From: Lytechinus pictus
Lineage: Eukaryota
NCBI RefSeq assembly: GCF_037042905.1
Contig: NC_087259.1
Span: 22,010,001 to 22,074,000 of the forward strand
Direction of reading: 5' to 3'
Length of the DNA: 64,000 bases
Program-made: the position numbers and the translations under genes
Shown here: one piece after another, positions 1 through 14,700 of the stretch
How the letters are laid out: every line of letters starts with the position of its first letter
How positions within the stretch are numbered: the first letter of the stretch is position 1
Notes under the pieces: model-generated
What the model was told of the DNA's origin: nothing
Databases searched by the model: none
Seen by the model: the letters and a program-made list of their open reading frames with translations, nothing else

Positions 1-217
1 CGAAGATCGCTTCCCGAAGAACGGTTGTGTCCTCACTTACGCTAAAACCAGTTAAACGAGGCAAAGCGATCTTAAAAACTACATCGCGAGGTGGTTTTCC
101 AAACTGGTTTGGAAGATCGCTTCCAAGACCGCTTTGACCGTTCTCACTACGCGTTAAACTAGTTTCCACTAAACTAGTTTCCAGTAAACTAGTTTTAGGA
201 ACGTAGTGAGAACAGCC
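1..217. mobile_element. Right end of a palindromic MITE (PIF/Harbinger-like terminus)
   Basis: Inverted repeats gttctcactacg / cgtagtgagaac; repeated taaactagttt; ends gagaacagcct. Confidence 0.5.
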
Positions 218-271
218 TCTTAAAGTATATCGAAGTGGTTTGTTGGATACTACTTAGGCCTACATGACCAA

Positions 272-399
272 TGGCCCAGTCACATTTCCCTTACGGCGGG
301 TCAAACACATCCGTTAAGACTTTTTTGTACCATCTACACATTAATAAAACGGCTGTTTTCGACTCGCCATACGCCGCGGTAGGGGAAATGTGACTGCAG
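272..399. mobile_element. Small MITE
   Basis: TIR cagtcacatttccc / gggaaatgtgactg. Confidence 0.55.
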
Positions 400-436
400 C
401 ATCAGGAACATGAAAAGTGCCTTTTGCATTATCATG

Positions 437-780
437 CGAGAGTGAAAGCAAGAAAAGAATGAAAGAAAGGAAGAAATATGGAATGACAGAAAGAATGAAA
501 AGAGAAGAGGAGAGGAAGGGAACCAAAAAATATAAGGAAAGAAAGAAGAAAGGAAATAAAAGGAAAGTAAGAAAAGGAAGGAAGGGAAGAAAAAAAATGA
601 ACAGAGAGAGAGAAAGGATCAGGAAAGAAAGCTAGGAAAGATTTGAAATAAGATAGAACAAAAAAAAGCAAGCAGGAAGGATAGAAGAAAGGATGAAGAA
701 AAAAGATAGAAAAGAAAGAAAATGAACGAAAGAAAGCAATAAAGAAAGAAATGAAGAAAGGATTAAAGAGGAAAAAAATT
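437..780. repeat. GA-rich low-complexity tract
   Basis: Purine-rich (GAAA/GGAA) sequence. Confidence 0.85.
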
Positions 781-2124
781 AACCTTCAAGCAAACAAAAC
801 AAATGTAATCATCTAACAAAAAATCTTACAGATATTTGTCTTTTTTATGATATATTTAAAAATTGTTAGAAAACTAAAATGTTTTAGAAACAAATAAAAT
901 TTGAAGGTGAAACATTGTCAAACTTTAATAAAATGAACATCGCGGCATCACACCATCTCTATCTCTATTTGTCTTGTCTTCTTGTTATCGGTGCGAACAC
1001 GAAAAGACTCATTTTCACTCAAAACAAAAGCTGAAACAACTAGATCGATCTAGTAATGAAAACTCGATAACTTGCTTCTACGACTACATCACCAAATCAT
1101 TAATCTGAGGATCCATATATGTTTAAATTTCCTGCCGATTTTGTGATTATTTTGTTGGAAAAACTGTTAATCATGTGAGATTGTTCACTTTGATTCAGAG
1201 TTTGCAAATCTCCTCCGATCATGCAAGCCTGCCACACACCACACAGGCAGGCAGGCCAAGCCACGTGCGGCAGCTGGTACATGTACACTGTATGCTAACT
1301 TTGCGTGTGTGTGTGTGTGTCTGTGTGTAGATCCCAGAAAATCACGGAAAATGACTTGCAGTTTGAATTGATCTGAGTTATTTTTTAACTTTGTTTTTTT
1401 TTCTCTCTCTCTCTTCTGTATTTTTGCGTGAAATATGGGAGAACTTTGTAAACTTTAAGCATAATTACTTAATAGCGATTTGCATGAAAAAAATTACGAT
1501 ACAATTTTGTAGATTACTTCCCTGACAACCTGCGTGCCAATATTCGGCGGGAGAAATTTTGCATTTTTTTAGTAAATACAAAGGGCAAATTTAAGCTCTT
1601 TAACTACATTCGACTTTGAATGATTTATTGTTCTCCATCATAAAAGACCACAAATAGTAGAGGGGGATTTGATATTATGCCCCCCTTTCCAAAAAGTGAG
1701 GGACACGTCCCCCTCGGGTTCCCGCCCATGAAGAAGGGAAAATAAGAGTAAAGAATAAAGTATTCAAAGAAGTTTCAATCCAATTCAATTACATTTTATT
1801 TTCATCTGATTGACATTTTATCAAATTCCACATGAAATATAAAAAATGTTGAAATAAAACAATTAATGTAGTAGGCCTATACAATATGTAAATAAGATTT
1901 ATGAAAGAAGGCGTAACCCCCCCCCCCCCCCCCGAAAGTAAAATAAAAAATTGTTTACATGAATGAAATGAGAATTATTATCAAATATTACCCATGAAAA
2001 CTAGAGCTTATTTCCAAAAGGAGTTCTTCAGAAAATCTGAAGTTGGCAGAAAAATTGCAAATATATATTCTACGTCTTCTAGTCACTTTTTCTCAATGCA
2101 TATCACACATTTTCACATTTCTTT

Positions 2125-2765
2125 TTGCCATTTTATGCAATGCACTTCGTACTACCCATTCGCCCTTTTCTTTTTTTTCTAACTTTTTTGCTGTTTCATG
2201 CTCTCACCTCTTACTACTCAGCTGCCCTTTTCTCTCCGTTGTCCCGCCACTTTCTCTCCCTTTCATGCAATGCACTCCCTGGGACCCATTCACAATTTTC
2301 TCTCCGTTTATGCACTGCACGCCTTAAACCCATTCGCCCTTTTGTCTCCGTTTTCTCACCCTTTTTTCTCCGTTTTATGCAACGCGCGCCTTACTACCCA
2401 TTCGCCCTTTTGTCTCCGTTTTCTCGCCCTTTTCTCTCCGTTTATTAGCCGTTTTCTTTCAGTATCTTCACTCCTCTAACAGGATCCTCGTCCTCATCAT
2501 TCGCCGTTTTCTCGCCGTTTTCATGGGGAAATCAATAGCTCCGCTAATATCAAACAATCATGGCACTCCATAATAATTCAAGATTTATGTAAGAAACCTA
2601 ATGTAGCCGTTTTTTGGCCGTTTTTTCTCCAAAAATTCTCCCTTTCTTCGCCCTTTTCTAGCCGTTTTCAAAACGGCGAAAAAACTGCAACTTTGAATTT
2701 CCCATAGGTTATAACACACAAAACGGCGAAAAAAGGGCGAAAAAACTGCAGTGGCTCACTGTGTG
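2125..2765. repeat. Degenerate repeat array (acccattcgcccttt / tctccgtttt), probably subterminal repeats of a DNA transposon
   Basis: Motif recurs near 2153, 2328 and 2396, with inverted copies (aaaacggcgaaaaaa) near 2670-2745. Confidence 0.55.
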
Positions 2766-3171
2766 AACGTATGACCGGAAATATAAACATCCTCTCCAAT
2801 TGTCAGCGGAAAGCTTTGATGACGCTTGGTTTATAGATTTCCATGACAAATATGAATTCTCTGTGACCAAGAACAACATAAATTCTGCCAAAATCTAGGC
2901 TAGTTTGGTCTTTTTGGACTTTTGGAAATTGGAGAGTAAAACAAAAGTTTTTTTTTATTGGAGAGTAAAAAAAACCCTAAAAATTGTCTTCTTGGCCTGG
3001 GTTGGGCCTGTCTGTCCTGTGGGCTTACATTTAGAATCCAATGTCATGTGATTATAATGTCTGGTTTGTGTGATGCCTTGTTTTAACATTAAAGTTTACA
3101 GTTAATATCCATGCTCGATTATTAATATGAGTCATTATTGGTTATTGAATATTGCCTATTGGATTGTAAAG

Positions 3172-3291
3172 TACTCCCTGCTTTAGACCAAAAGCTTCGG
3201 TCTCTGTTATGTTGGTTGTTCCGCTGAACTACGTTGGCTCCACTCACAAAATACAGAGACCGAAGTTCTAGCGCGATCTGTACAGGGGACT
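3172..3291. mobile_element. Short hairpin element / MITE
   Basis: cttcggtctctgt ... acagagaccgaag inverted pair. Confidence 0.5.
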
Positions 3292-5317
3292 CAATGGCCA
3301 TATGTTTATGTACTTAAGCTCGGATAAAAAGGGGAAGTGAAGTTGCGCGACAGCCGAAGTAAGTCACTGTTTTTCCCCTTTTAAGTTTATTTTTCCCCGT
3401 TTTGGTGCATTTCAGGCCAAAACGGAATAATAATCTCTATTTTGGTTCAATTCTTTTTCAATATTTTTATGAAATAAAGACAAAAATCGATGTGCCCCGT
3501 CGGGGGGATTTTGCATTGTTCACCCCCTAATGGTGGCTGCACGATAGCGAGCCGTCTGTGTATGAGGAGAAATAAAAAAAATTGAAAAATGTTGAAAAAC
3601 TCCTCGAAACAGACGGCTGCCAGCTGTCTATCCCTGCCTGTGCTGTGCCTGCGCTGTAAATAGATAAAAATTGAGATGATACTGCCTGACCTGACGCTTT
3701 TTCCTAATTAAAATCTGAGCACACATTTCTCTGACTCTGGAAAAACAAACTACTAAATTCCACTTTCCTGGCCGCTGATATTCCCTCACAAACTTTTATT
3801 AGGATTATCCGATCCGGTCTACTTTAATTGGTCTTTTTAATAATGATTAAATATTCATCTCTGATTGAATAATTATGCTATCTTTGATTTTATTTGCATG
3901 GATATTAATTCTCTTCAATATACTCATTTTCCCAATATAGTCATAAATCTACTGAATAAGCTGTTATTTTCGCATAGATCTACATATTTTTTTTGCGAAT
4001 CGCAGGGGTATTGACATTTTTGCGGGTTGTTGAATTTGTGATTTGAAGATGTACCAAACACAGCATTTTAGAGAAGCAAAAGTAGTGCAAAACATGTGCA
4101 AAATGTGCTTCTCAAAGGCCCATGATGACGTGTCTTTTGTACATAGATATGTCCCGGTAAAAAACAGTCACAACTGTTAAAAAAGTGGCTTAATTATCAC
4201 TTTTTTGTACCTTGGATCTGAAAATTCATCATGTCACAGTTTAATCTGTGCAAAGCAATCTTTGGAAGTTGTGTTTTGTTAGATTCATTTTTTTTAAAGT
4301 TGGTTTTAGTGCAATGTTGAATTTTGTGAACAAAATCTTACACCTCTAAAACCTTTGGTCATGTGACTTATGAATATAAATGAGTATGCAAATAGCTGTC
4401 AATGAACCTGTGTATAGAGTCAATCAGATGACAAGGAATTGAAATCAAATTTATTCATGGAAAATACATTGTAATATTACAGTGAGTGAATAAATCTTGA
4501 TAAATATATGTAAGAAAATGATTTAGGTTCTGATTTTTATTTGAAAAATAAAAAGTGAAATTTTAGCTAACTTTTTAAATTATTAATTGTACTATCTCAA
4601 ACTTATTTTTGTACATATATAGGACAGGTGCATATCTCAACTATTTCACCACACAAGATGTTTGCATTAGCAATGCTTTGCTGTTGGGGACATTGGCACT
4701 GATTTCTAAATGTGTCAATATTTTGCATGTTGTTAAATTTGCAGCCGAACGGCAAATCACGAAATCTGCGAAAATAACAGCTTATACAGTATTCTATGTT
4801 TTTAATCATATCAATTATCATTTTTCTTTTTATGAATGTATTCTCTTTAATATCTTTGTCTTTTTTCATCTATTCAATATTGTCTTTTAAGTTTATTTGT
4901 CTCTTTAACATGTCTATGACATCTATGTATTTTTTTAATGTTTATATTTTCAGTCTTTTTTTTCATTGATTTATTCAGCTCTTCAAATTAAATATGATAT
5001 TCCTCTATTTCATTATTCATCTTTTGAGTATGTTTAGCTTTGTATTTTATTCTTCTTTTCATTGTTACACCCATTTTGTACCATATGTTCATTTGTCTCC
5101 TTATAAAATAATATTGAAGTGATTAATAAAATTCAAAAATCATATTGAAAAGGTAATAAAGAAATAGATCTAGGCCAAATATTAAAGAGATGGATGTATG
5201 TAAATAATATGTTAAAAAGAAAAGCATGGAAAAGAGGAGCATTAAGTATATTGTCGAATCTGAACAATAATTCAGACCTTTAAAAAAGTTTTATAGATGA
5301 TGTTTGTTACTAACTAG

Positions 5318-5413
<96 letters not shown>

Positions 5414-5530
5414 TAAAGAACTTTATCATTGCTGTGGACTGGTTCAGACTCAAGAGATGCACATTACATCTTATCTCTATTTCAATTAAATAAATCAGTC
5501 ATGAAATGATGTAATTCTCTCTTCTTACAG

Positions 5531-5752
5531 CTCCAAAAATTCCAGCAGAAGCGCACCCCATCCAACACACCTAGTGGGGGCCCATCTTCAAAAAGCGCAA
5601 AAACAAAAACTGGGAAGGTCAAGGCTGGCAGTAGACCAGAGAGTCCTTTACCACGTCAAGTCCAAACTGAACCAGCCAGTCAAAGGTTAACTGACCACCA
5701 GGCCAAGCAAGATGAGGTGGCGGCTAGTGCAAGTTTTATCTCACAAACACCG
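5531..5752 (+). CDS. GOLGA2: GOLGA2 exon (LQKFQQKR...SQTP)
   Basis: ttacag acceptor, gtatgt donor, 74 codons; resembles GM130 N-terminal LxxYQQ segment. Confidence 0.85.
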
Positions 5753-8700
5753 GTATGTTGCTCTATATTATTCTGAATAAATGAGGCTAAATGTCGAATG
5801 GGCTCTTGTAAAAACTTGAAGTTAGTGCATATTTGCAAGATTGAAATGATTGTGTATCGGTATATATTTTTAACCTTTTACAACATGTATCTTATTGATT
5901 AAGTTTTTTTTAGCTCATCAGATGAGCTTATGCCATGGCGTGTCGTCTGTCCACAATTTCAAAATGCTTCTTCTTCATTGTTTCAAGTCCGATTTCAAAT
6001 TCTGTTTGCTTTATATGATAGCACTAGGTGAGGGATTCAAAATTTCTACACAGAATTTAGAAACTCATTAAATATGCTAATTCATGCACATTTTTCAAAA
6101 TTTGCTAAAAAATGCTTCTCCTTTATTATTGGACCAATTCTGTTTTTTTTTCTTCCTTCTGATAGAGCTTCATGAGGTACACCAAACTTCGACACAGAAT
6201 TTAGAAATTTTGACTAGATTAAATTTTAAGCTAATTTATGTGAAATTAATTCATGCGTATTTTTAAAAATTCACATAAAGTGCTTCTTCTTCGTTTGTTG
6301 ACCGATTTTGATTTTTTTTCTTCCATCTGGTAGAGCTTCATGAGGTTCTTATTCACCTCTACACAGAATTTTGACATTTTGAGTATGAAATTTTTTAAAT
6401 GCTGATTTATGCAAAATTTATTCATTAATCACAGAAAATGCCTCTTCTTTATTTGTTGACCGATTTTGATTTTTTTTCTTCCATCTGGTAGAACTTCATG
6501 AGGTTCACCAAACTTCTACACAGAATTTTGAAATTTTGACTAGAAAATTATTTATGCTAATTTATGCAAAATTTATAATTTTGCTGCATTATTTTTTTAA
6601 CACTAATCAAGACTTCTTACAAAAGTAAGTATTCGTGAAAAGTATAATCATATGTTTAAACATTATGAATCTGCCAAAGAAGGGGGATATGGGATATATA
6701 TAATTTTGTTCACAACTTGTCATGACTTTGAGGTGAATGTTCAGATATTACCAATGCTGTTTATACTTACATGTTCATCCTAACTTTGATCAATTAAATG
6801 ATGATTTTTTTCTTATAGCATGAGAAAGATACAAACTCAAATGGGCTTCCACCATTGAGGTAAGTTAATTTCAGTTTGGTGTTATATGCAAGATTTGTAC
6901 ATGTACAATCCATATTGCACTTAAGCATTTTGCATATATTCATCTAATTTGTCAACTATCTAAAATGAAAAAAAAAATACTGATACTGGTTGTAAGTTTT
7001 AAACATGGATGATATTTACTTTCAAGAGCAAAGTTGGTAGAGTAATATAGCAAATTGCAAATCCATCTTAAAAAATGTTTCATACTGTTCTCACAATAGC
7101 TTTATATGGTTATGTATATGCATATAATGTAGTAATAAACTAGAATAGTCATTACTTTTGAGAGAAAGTTAAAAATACAAATCCATTTTTGAATAACTTT
7201 GACAGTAAGCCATTGTCATCAACGGAGAGTCTGAGACAGATGTCCCGTCAGCTGAATGGTCTCATGGCAGATGTAAGTTTTCAGCTTTTTAAAATCAAAT
7301 CTAACAAATGTACAAAGATTTGATTTAACAAACTCCTTTTTCTCACTGTCTAGTGTTACTGGATTGTGCAATATTTTCTCAGTGGCTTTTCTGAGTGGGC
7401 TTGCATGCTTCTGGGCAAGCAATCTTTTACTCTCTACTTCTTTTCTGTAATTTTTTAAAACTTTTTCAATTATACAGTGTTCTTATGTTTTTGTATACTA
7501 TTCAATTTTCTGTTTTATGGCTGAAAAAATAATTATTATAATCATAAACAATTTTCATTTTTCCTAGTGGTTTGGATTATCTTTGATTATATACATGTAG
7601 TTTGCATAAAAGTTGTATGGTTCAGTGTTAAGAACATGTACAAATTATTTAAGTTTGTTTTTGCAATTTTGATAAAGTCATAAAACAGGAATATATGATA
7701 GTTTTACTCTGTACCGTAATGGAATACAGGTAGGCAATGGAAGAATCCCCCTTCCTTCCAACTTTCTGCAAGTATCTATATATAATACAGTTATGATACA
7801 GTATTGTGATTTATTCAATAAAGCTATATTATCAGGGCCATGTAACGTTAAAAAAACCAACCTTCAATTGTAGTGCAAAAATTGCAATAACAAAGAAAAA
7901 CTGCAATCATTTGTATCATTAAAGTAATTGTTAGTGTATTTATGGCAAGCCATTAACAATTAATTATAATCATTTATAAAAATCATACCCCTTAGGGTTA
8001 TACCTCTAGTTGTATTTGAAAAGAATTTAAAAAAATGTTTACTTATCTTTAGCATCTTGTTCACAATTCACAGGTAATAACATTTTACTGGCACATTCCT
8101 AAAATAAGTGAATAATGATATGAATTTTGATAATTTAGTTTAATGGCCTATTGATTTATTTTTCCTTTTTGAATTTAGACATCACTTGTTAATGGTGAAA
8201 TTGGATCAGGAACAAACGGAATGTCTGATTTAGAGGTGAGAATAACAATTAATTCAGACCTGTCCTTATATTACCCTCCTGTGATGTGTTGTACCATCTT
8301 TCTTTTCAGTCTTATTTTAAATTTCTTTTTTGTTTCTGTGTTGATGCTCACATGAATTATCCTATTAATTGATCAAGAAAGTGATAATATTTGTTATCAC
8401 TTTTTATTCATTGACAGAGACTTCCCCTTATCTGTTGTTTGTAATAAGTAATTATTAATCCCGAACTCAGCCACATGCCCCATATGTTAATAATATATCT
8501 TATGTTGGGCATATGCAGTTTGGATAGACATAATATTCCTCACATCATTACATGTACATAATTTGATAGACTACATATGTACAATATATAGTTTTGTGTT
8601 ATATAACCAATGTCATAAGTCAGATACATCAACTTCACATACTTTGAATCTCTTTCTCTTCCATCCACTTTTTCTCCCCGCCCCTCTCNNNNNNNNNNNN

Positions 8701-11700
8701 NNNNNNNNNNNNNNNNNNNNNNNNNNNNNNNNNNNNNNNNNNNNNNNNNNNNNNNNNNNNNNNNNNNNNNNNNNNNNNNNNNNNNNNNNNNNNNNNNNNN
8801 NNNNNNNNNNNNNNNNNNNNNNNNNNNNNNNNNNNNNNNNNNNNNNNNNNNNNNNNNNNNNNNNNNNNNNNNNNNNNNNNNNNNNNNNNNNNNNNNNNNN
8901 NNNNNNNNNNNNNNNNNNNNNNNNNNNNNNNNNNNNNNNNNNNNNNNNNNNNNNNNNNNNNNNNNNNNNNNNNNNNNNNNNNNNNNNNNNNNNNNNNNNN
9001 NNNNNNNNNNNNNNNNNNNNNNNNNNNNNNNNNNNNNNNNTTTCTCTTTTTTCTCCCTTTCTCAATCCCTGCCCCTTTCTCCCTATTCCCATCTCTCCTT
9101 TTCTATATAGATTCGCAACCAGGAACTAGCAGCAGAGGTGGATCACCAAACCCAGGCCAATAAGAGACTATTGCTGGAGGCAGAACAATTGGTGAATATT
9201 TATATAATATTGACTGGCCTTGAGGGGAACATCAAATATGTCGCCCGCAACAGAATCATATTGGCCCGAGTCTTTAGACAAGGACAACATGGTTCTTTTA
9301 AGGGCAACATATTGATGTTTCCCGAAAGAAGAGCCAGTCAATATTATTATTATTACCTAAGCCTGTACAATGTGTAATTCAAGCTATTATTTGGAACAAT
9401 TCACAGGCCTGTTTGCTTATCACTACTTCTGATTTCAGGTTTTTCACGAACTTAGTGAAGTAACCCTTAAGCAATTGTGACGTAAATTGTTACCTTGCAG
9501 TTGCGCATCATGCATGGCGTGCACATATTCACTTAACGCATTAGCAGAAATATGGCCAATGTCTTATGGGCAAATCCCGGGGAGGGCTACATGGCAAATT
9601 GAAAGTAACGAGTGAAATATGACTTTTATTTATCTGCTAAAATGCCTTGTATAAGTAATAATAGATAATATCCATCTTCTTATTTCAGACTTTTCTTTTA
9701 ATATCTTGATCCTGCTTCATTAAACCTCTTAACCTCTCAATATTTGATTGTCATCTCTTGCATACATTTCAAACTGAAACGATTGACTTTAAAAAAAAAG
9801 TTAAATCCAATTTGAAGTTATTACCGGGTACATATTTCTACATCCTTAATTTATTTAAGTTATTCATATTGTTTTCATATAATTCTTAATAAATTCCCTT
9901 TACTTGCTTGCTAGACACTGTTTTGCTTACATGTATGTTTTGTAAAAATATATCTCATTTGGCCTTACTTTATGAATGAAGTTACCTGATGAATAATTCT
10001 GAATTCTTTTAAATATGGTATACTGGACCGCAGATCTGGAATACTGTGAATGTTTCCCTTTTTACGTGCTCAACTGTTTCTTCATTAACATTCAAACTCA
10101 TAAAGATCATTATTACCTCATGCCTAATTTGAACTCAAACTCGTCTTATATCTTATATTCATGTTTTCAATTATTATTATTTTAACTGAGACGATGGATG
10201 TTCTTTTGTGTGTGCTGATGTTGGTGATGTGTCAAGATGGGTGGGTGTGTTTGTGTGTGTTTAATTTCTTTTTTCTTCTTCATCTGATACATGTATGTAC
10301 ATGTATTTTTATTACTTCATGTTTAAGCGACTTCTTATTTTCAAGTGTTATTTTATTTTGCCTTCCTTGTCTTGTAATGATACTTTTATTTATGAATGTA
10401 CAATTTGATGATGTTTTGTTTTTAATGATTTTCAAGAATAAATTGAATTGAAATTATTATATGATGGTTGGTTACATTTTTAAATTTACTTTTGATTTAT
10501 AGAAACAACAGTGCATAAGGTTACAGGACACTATTGAAAAGGTAAATCATCTATTTTATTTTTCTTGTATATTCTAATAAACATCATATATTCCCTTCCC
10601 ATTTGTTCACATGGATATTTTATAAATCTCTATCAACTTGCATTCATATCAAATAAATGATTATCTGCCAAGTATCTGTCAAAATTTTTCTAGTTTATCT
10701 GGAATTCGGTCTTCGTATTCAATTTATTTTATGGTTTTTATCAGTAGTTAATTCTGAAATTTCTGAAATGTAAGACTTCATACTATTTCCTGTATAAATG
10801 TTCATTTTGGTATTGCATTTATTTTACACTTGATAAATCTCAATGTATTGTATCACATGCTATTTTTATCTCATTTATGCAGAAATTGAATTTTTATATC
10901 AAAACGTTGAGCACTTACAAAGCCTACCTTTGAAGAAAAGTATTAGCCTCAATTTGTTAGGGCACAGCATGAAAAATGCAACTTTTTTTATATTGTTCTG
11001 CTTGCAAAAGTGGATATAACTCCTATTAGAGTCAAAACTGTCTGATTATTGAATGTTTTTCTGTTTAATTTTTTGAAGGAGAGGAACGACTTTGCTCACC
11101 AAGCACATAAAGAACAGAGCGCCCTCAAGGAGCAGCTTCAAGTTCACATTCAGACGATCGGTATTCTGGTCTCGGAGAAGACTGATCTTCAGAGCGCACT
11201 GGGCCAGATTCAAACAGGTTTCAAACAAAAATCTGATGAGGTTGAGAATCTAGCAAGTCGTCTTCAAGTTTCCAGACAACGTGTAGCTGAACTAGAGAGA
11301 GGACTGGCCAGTGCTACAAACTCATCTTCTCAATACCAGAAGGTATGTACCATCTACCAGCATTCAAAGCCGTGTATTAATTTTGTGAACTGAATTTTTA
11401 AAAAGATCAATTCAGGATGAAATATTTATGTGGATAGCTTGCTGATAAGAAGCAATAAAACCAACACAAGGTTTGTTTGAAATACTTTTGATAGATGGGT
11501 TATAAAAAGGCATTTTGGAATACCAAGTGCCAAGAATACACACACAAACGGGCCATTTTTCATGAAGTAAATATAACTGTGTGTGAACGTCTCTTTGCCT
11601 CTCACTGTATACATGTTACTATACTATTCAAGTAATGAAGAAAAGAGAGGAGGGGAAAAAACGGGGTAAAATACAAAGGAAAATATAAGAATTTAAAAGA

Positions 11701-14700
11701 GAGAAGTCTGAATCATATAACTCTATATTACTCCTGTAATTCAACGTGGGGAAAAAAATATGTCACTTTTAGATCATCTTCCCCTTTCAATATACCCTGA
11801 CATCTTCCCAGATAATAAGAGTTGATTGTTTTCTTTATACCTTGATTCATCATCATATATTTACAAGATATTTACAAATGTTTTTTTTCTTTCAGACAAG
11901 CAAAGAATTAGACAAGGAGAGAGATTCACTGAAATTAGATGTATATAAATTGAGGTAGGTTGTGATTATGATATAATTATGATAATGATAATATTATATA
12001 AATGATGCACAGGTATGAGTATGTAAGTGGGCAATGCAGCACACTCGGAGGAATTTTCAGTGTACGACAAGCACGGGGTACCTGCGCCGAGTGCTTATAC
12101 ACCGCACTGTGAATACCCAACATGCCAGCTATGCCATTAACATTGCAAATTTAAGCCTGTGCATCATTTGTTTTATAAGATGGAACAACAGCATGAATTC
12201 ATTGTGGAAAGTTTGTTAGAATCCCTCAAAATTGTATAGGACTGCACAGACGATTAGATCACATCTGCCTTATCTCATGACATCACAGGATTATTTACTC
12301 TCGAGTAAGCGCAGGAAAATCCATGCCATTGCTTGTTCTAAGAAAGAATGCAAATTTCTGATCGCATCTCAGTTTTTACGTGCTAAAAGTAAAATGATTC
12401 ACCTAAAATTATGATAGCCGTAAGTTAGTGAGTCTATAAATTGTTACTTATTTGGAGACTGGCTTTTTTCATTAAACTTGTAATCAATAATAAATGCTAT
12501 AAGTTCACTTGCTAATCAAATTGCACTATTTCAGGAGCTTATAAATATAAATCCTACCTTGCCACTGATAGAAAATAATATGAAAATGTTCCCTTTAGTA
12601 AGTTAGAAATGTTTACGTACACTCTTTTCCTGTCGCAGGAAAGGAAATGATGAGTTAAGTCAGCAAAACTCAGAATTGTCAAGTCAGCTACGAGCAAAGG
12701 TGAGTGTTTTTAAAAAGTTTTGATGGGGAAATCTTGTTTGTGACAAGTCGTCAAAATTTGAAATATAACAGCAGCCATATTGATATTGCGACCAGTTATA
12801 TGCTTATTGGTACTATACAACTGTAAAAATGTGACTATCTGAAAGAATTTATAGTGTAGGTATGACAAATTGGTGACAAAGATGTAAAGATATATGGGTA
12901 AAACACTCAGAGACAGTGATGATTTCTATGTTATTGATCAGAGTAAATAATATGTCCATTTATATAGCGCAGTTACTAATACTATGTGCAGATACTCAAC
13001 TGCGCTTTGATACTTGGTATCATATTATTACCCCAGCTGTAGCTGAGCCACCATATTAATAGGCGCTAAAGCATTCAAGGAAAAATCCTACTGGGTACCC
13101 ATTCACCTCGCCTGGGTCGAGTGCAGCACAATGTGGATAAATTTCTTGGCGAAGGAAATTTCGCCATGGCTGGGATTCGGACCCACGATCCTCTGTTTCA
13201 AAGTCCGGAGACTAATCCACTGGGCCACAACACTTCACATATAGTTATTCCAATGATTTGATTATGATTACCATTTTTCAGATATTACTGTTGTATATTT
13301 GTTGGCATTATTATTATAATAATCATTATTTTTTGTTATCATCATCCTCATAATCATCATCCTCGTTTATATCATTATGGCCTTCATCATCATCATGATC
13401 ATGATGTTTGATATACAGTTTTGGAAACAATAATTAGACCACTTCCCTACTAAGTTCCCATGCAGTATGATCTGATAATTATTTCCCAAGCTTTATGCTC
13501 TTTATCATTATTATTAGTAGAAGAAGAATTATAATTATCATTATTCTCTTTCATTAGTCCACAGAGAATGAGCAGTTGGGCCAGGTACTAGGCCAGCTTC
13601 AAGAGAGGCTGAACCTTGCCGAGCTTCAGGTCCAGCAGCTGACCGCTCAGACTGGTCAGTCTCAGGACACCCAACTCACTATCAGCAGATTGCAGGAAGA
13701 AAAAGCAGATGCAGACAGGAAGTTAGCCCAGGTAACTTTTCATTATCAAGTGGTGAAGTCCTTAACATAAAGTTGAAGCTTTTGATCTCAACACAATGAT
13801 TTAAAAAAAAAACTACCTCGAAATTCACCTCAAAAGTCACCAGGCCGAATCGGGTCACTGCGGTCATTGCTGATGAAGGCTGCAGTTAGCAGCCAAAAAT
13901 TTTGTGGTAATTCTTTTGAAATATTTTCTTTTGTGTTGAGATCAAAGCTTCAACTTAATGTTATTTTCAACCAACACAGAAGAACTTTCATAATCTTTTG
14001 GTGAAGACCATCATCAAAACAGCCGTGTGTGTGTTCGCTTGTTCGTCTTGTACATCCACATTTCTTAAAGAGGAATCTATCCCAAATGAAAATTTGTTTT
14101 TAAAGGAAAAAGAAAAATCAGACAAGTTGACACGTGAAAGTTTGAACAACATCAGACAAATAATAAGAAAGTTATGAATTTTTAAAAGTATATATTGGCT
14201 ATCACTATACCCTGGAGACTTTGGAAATGTCATAAGCTGATGTTAATCTGTCATCAATTTAGTAGGAGCATATTGCAGTGATAATTTTATCCTCCAAGTC
14301 TTGTTTAAGATGGCTTTTGCCGCATCACTTAGTTTCCTTTATTTATACTTTGTAGTTGTTTCTGAACCACATTTCTCCAGGGATAGATTACGAAAAGAAA
14401 AATTTTGTAGAATATCCGCTGTTCCATATTCTAAATCCTAGTTTATTGAATTTCTTTCCAGTATGTGCAGTCAGTAGAGCAACTGACGGCAGAACGCCAG
14501 AATCTCCACCAGCAATATCAACAACATTCCTTACAGTATCAGGACCACATTCAGCAAATTACTGCTCAGGTAGGTCAAAGGTCAATCAATCTATACATAC
14601 ATTGTTCATCGATATAAAAAAAACTGGATAGAGCTTGTTGTATGTTGCTGCTCACACAACCTTGGAGCTACAGGAAAAGTACTCAATTGACGTGACGCAA

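Noticed and set aside
341-671. Lys/Arg/Glu-rich ORFs
   Set aside because: GA-rich low-complexity sequence
8563-9129. 188- and 159-aa ORFs
   Set aside because: Artefacts of the N gap
13160-13236. tRNA gene
   Set aside because: The tRNA-like head continues into a SINE body shared with the 54806 copy, and no proper acceptor stem is evident
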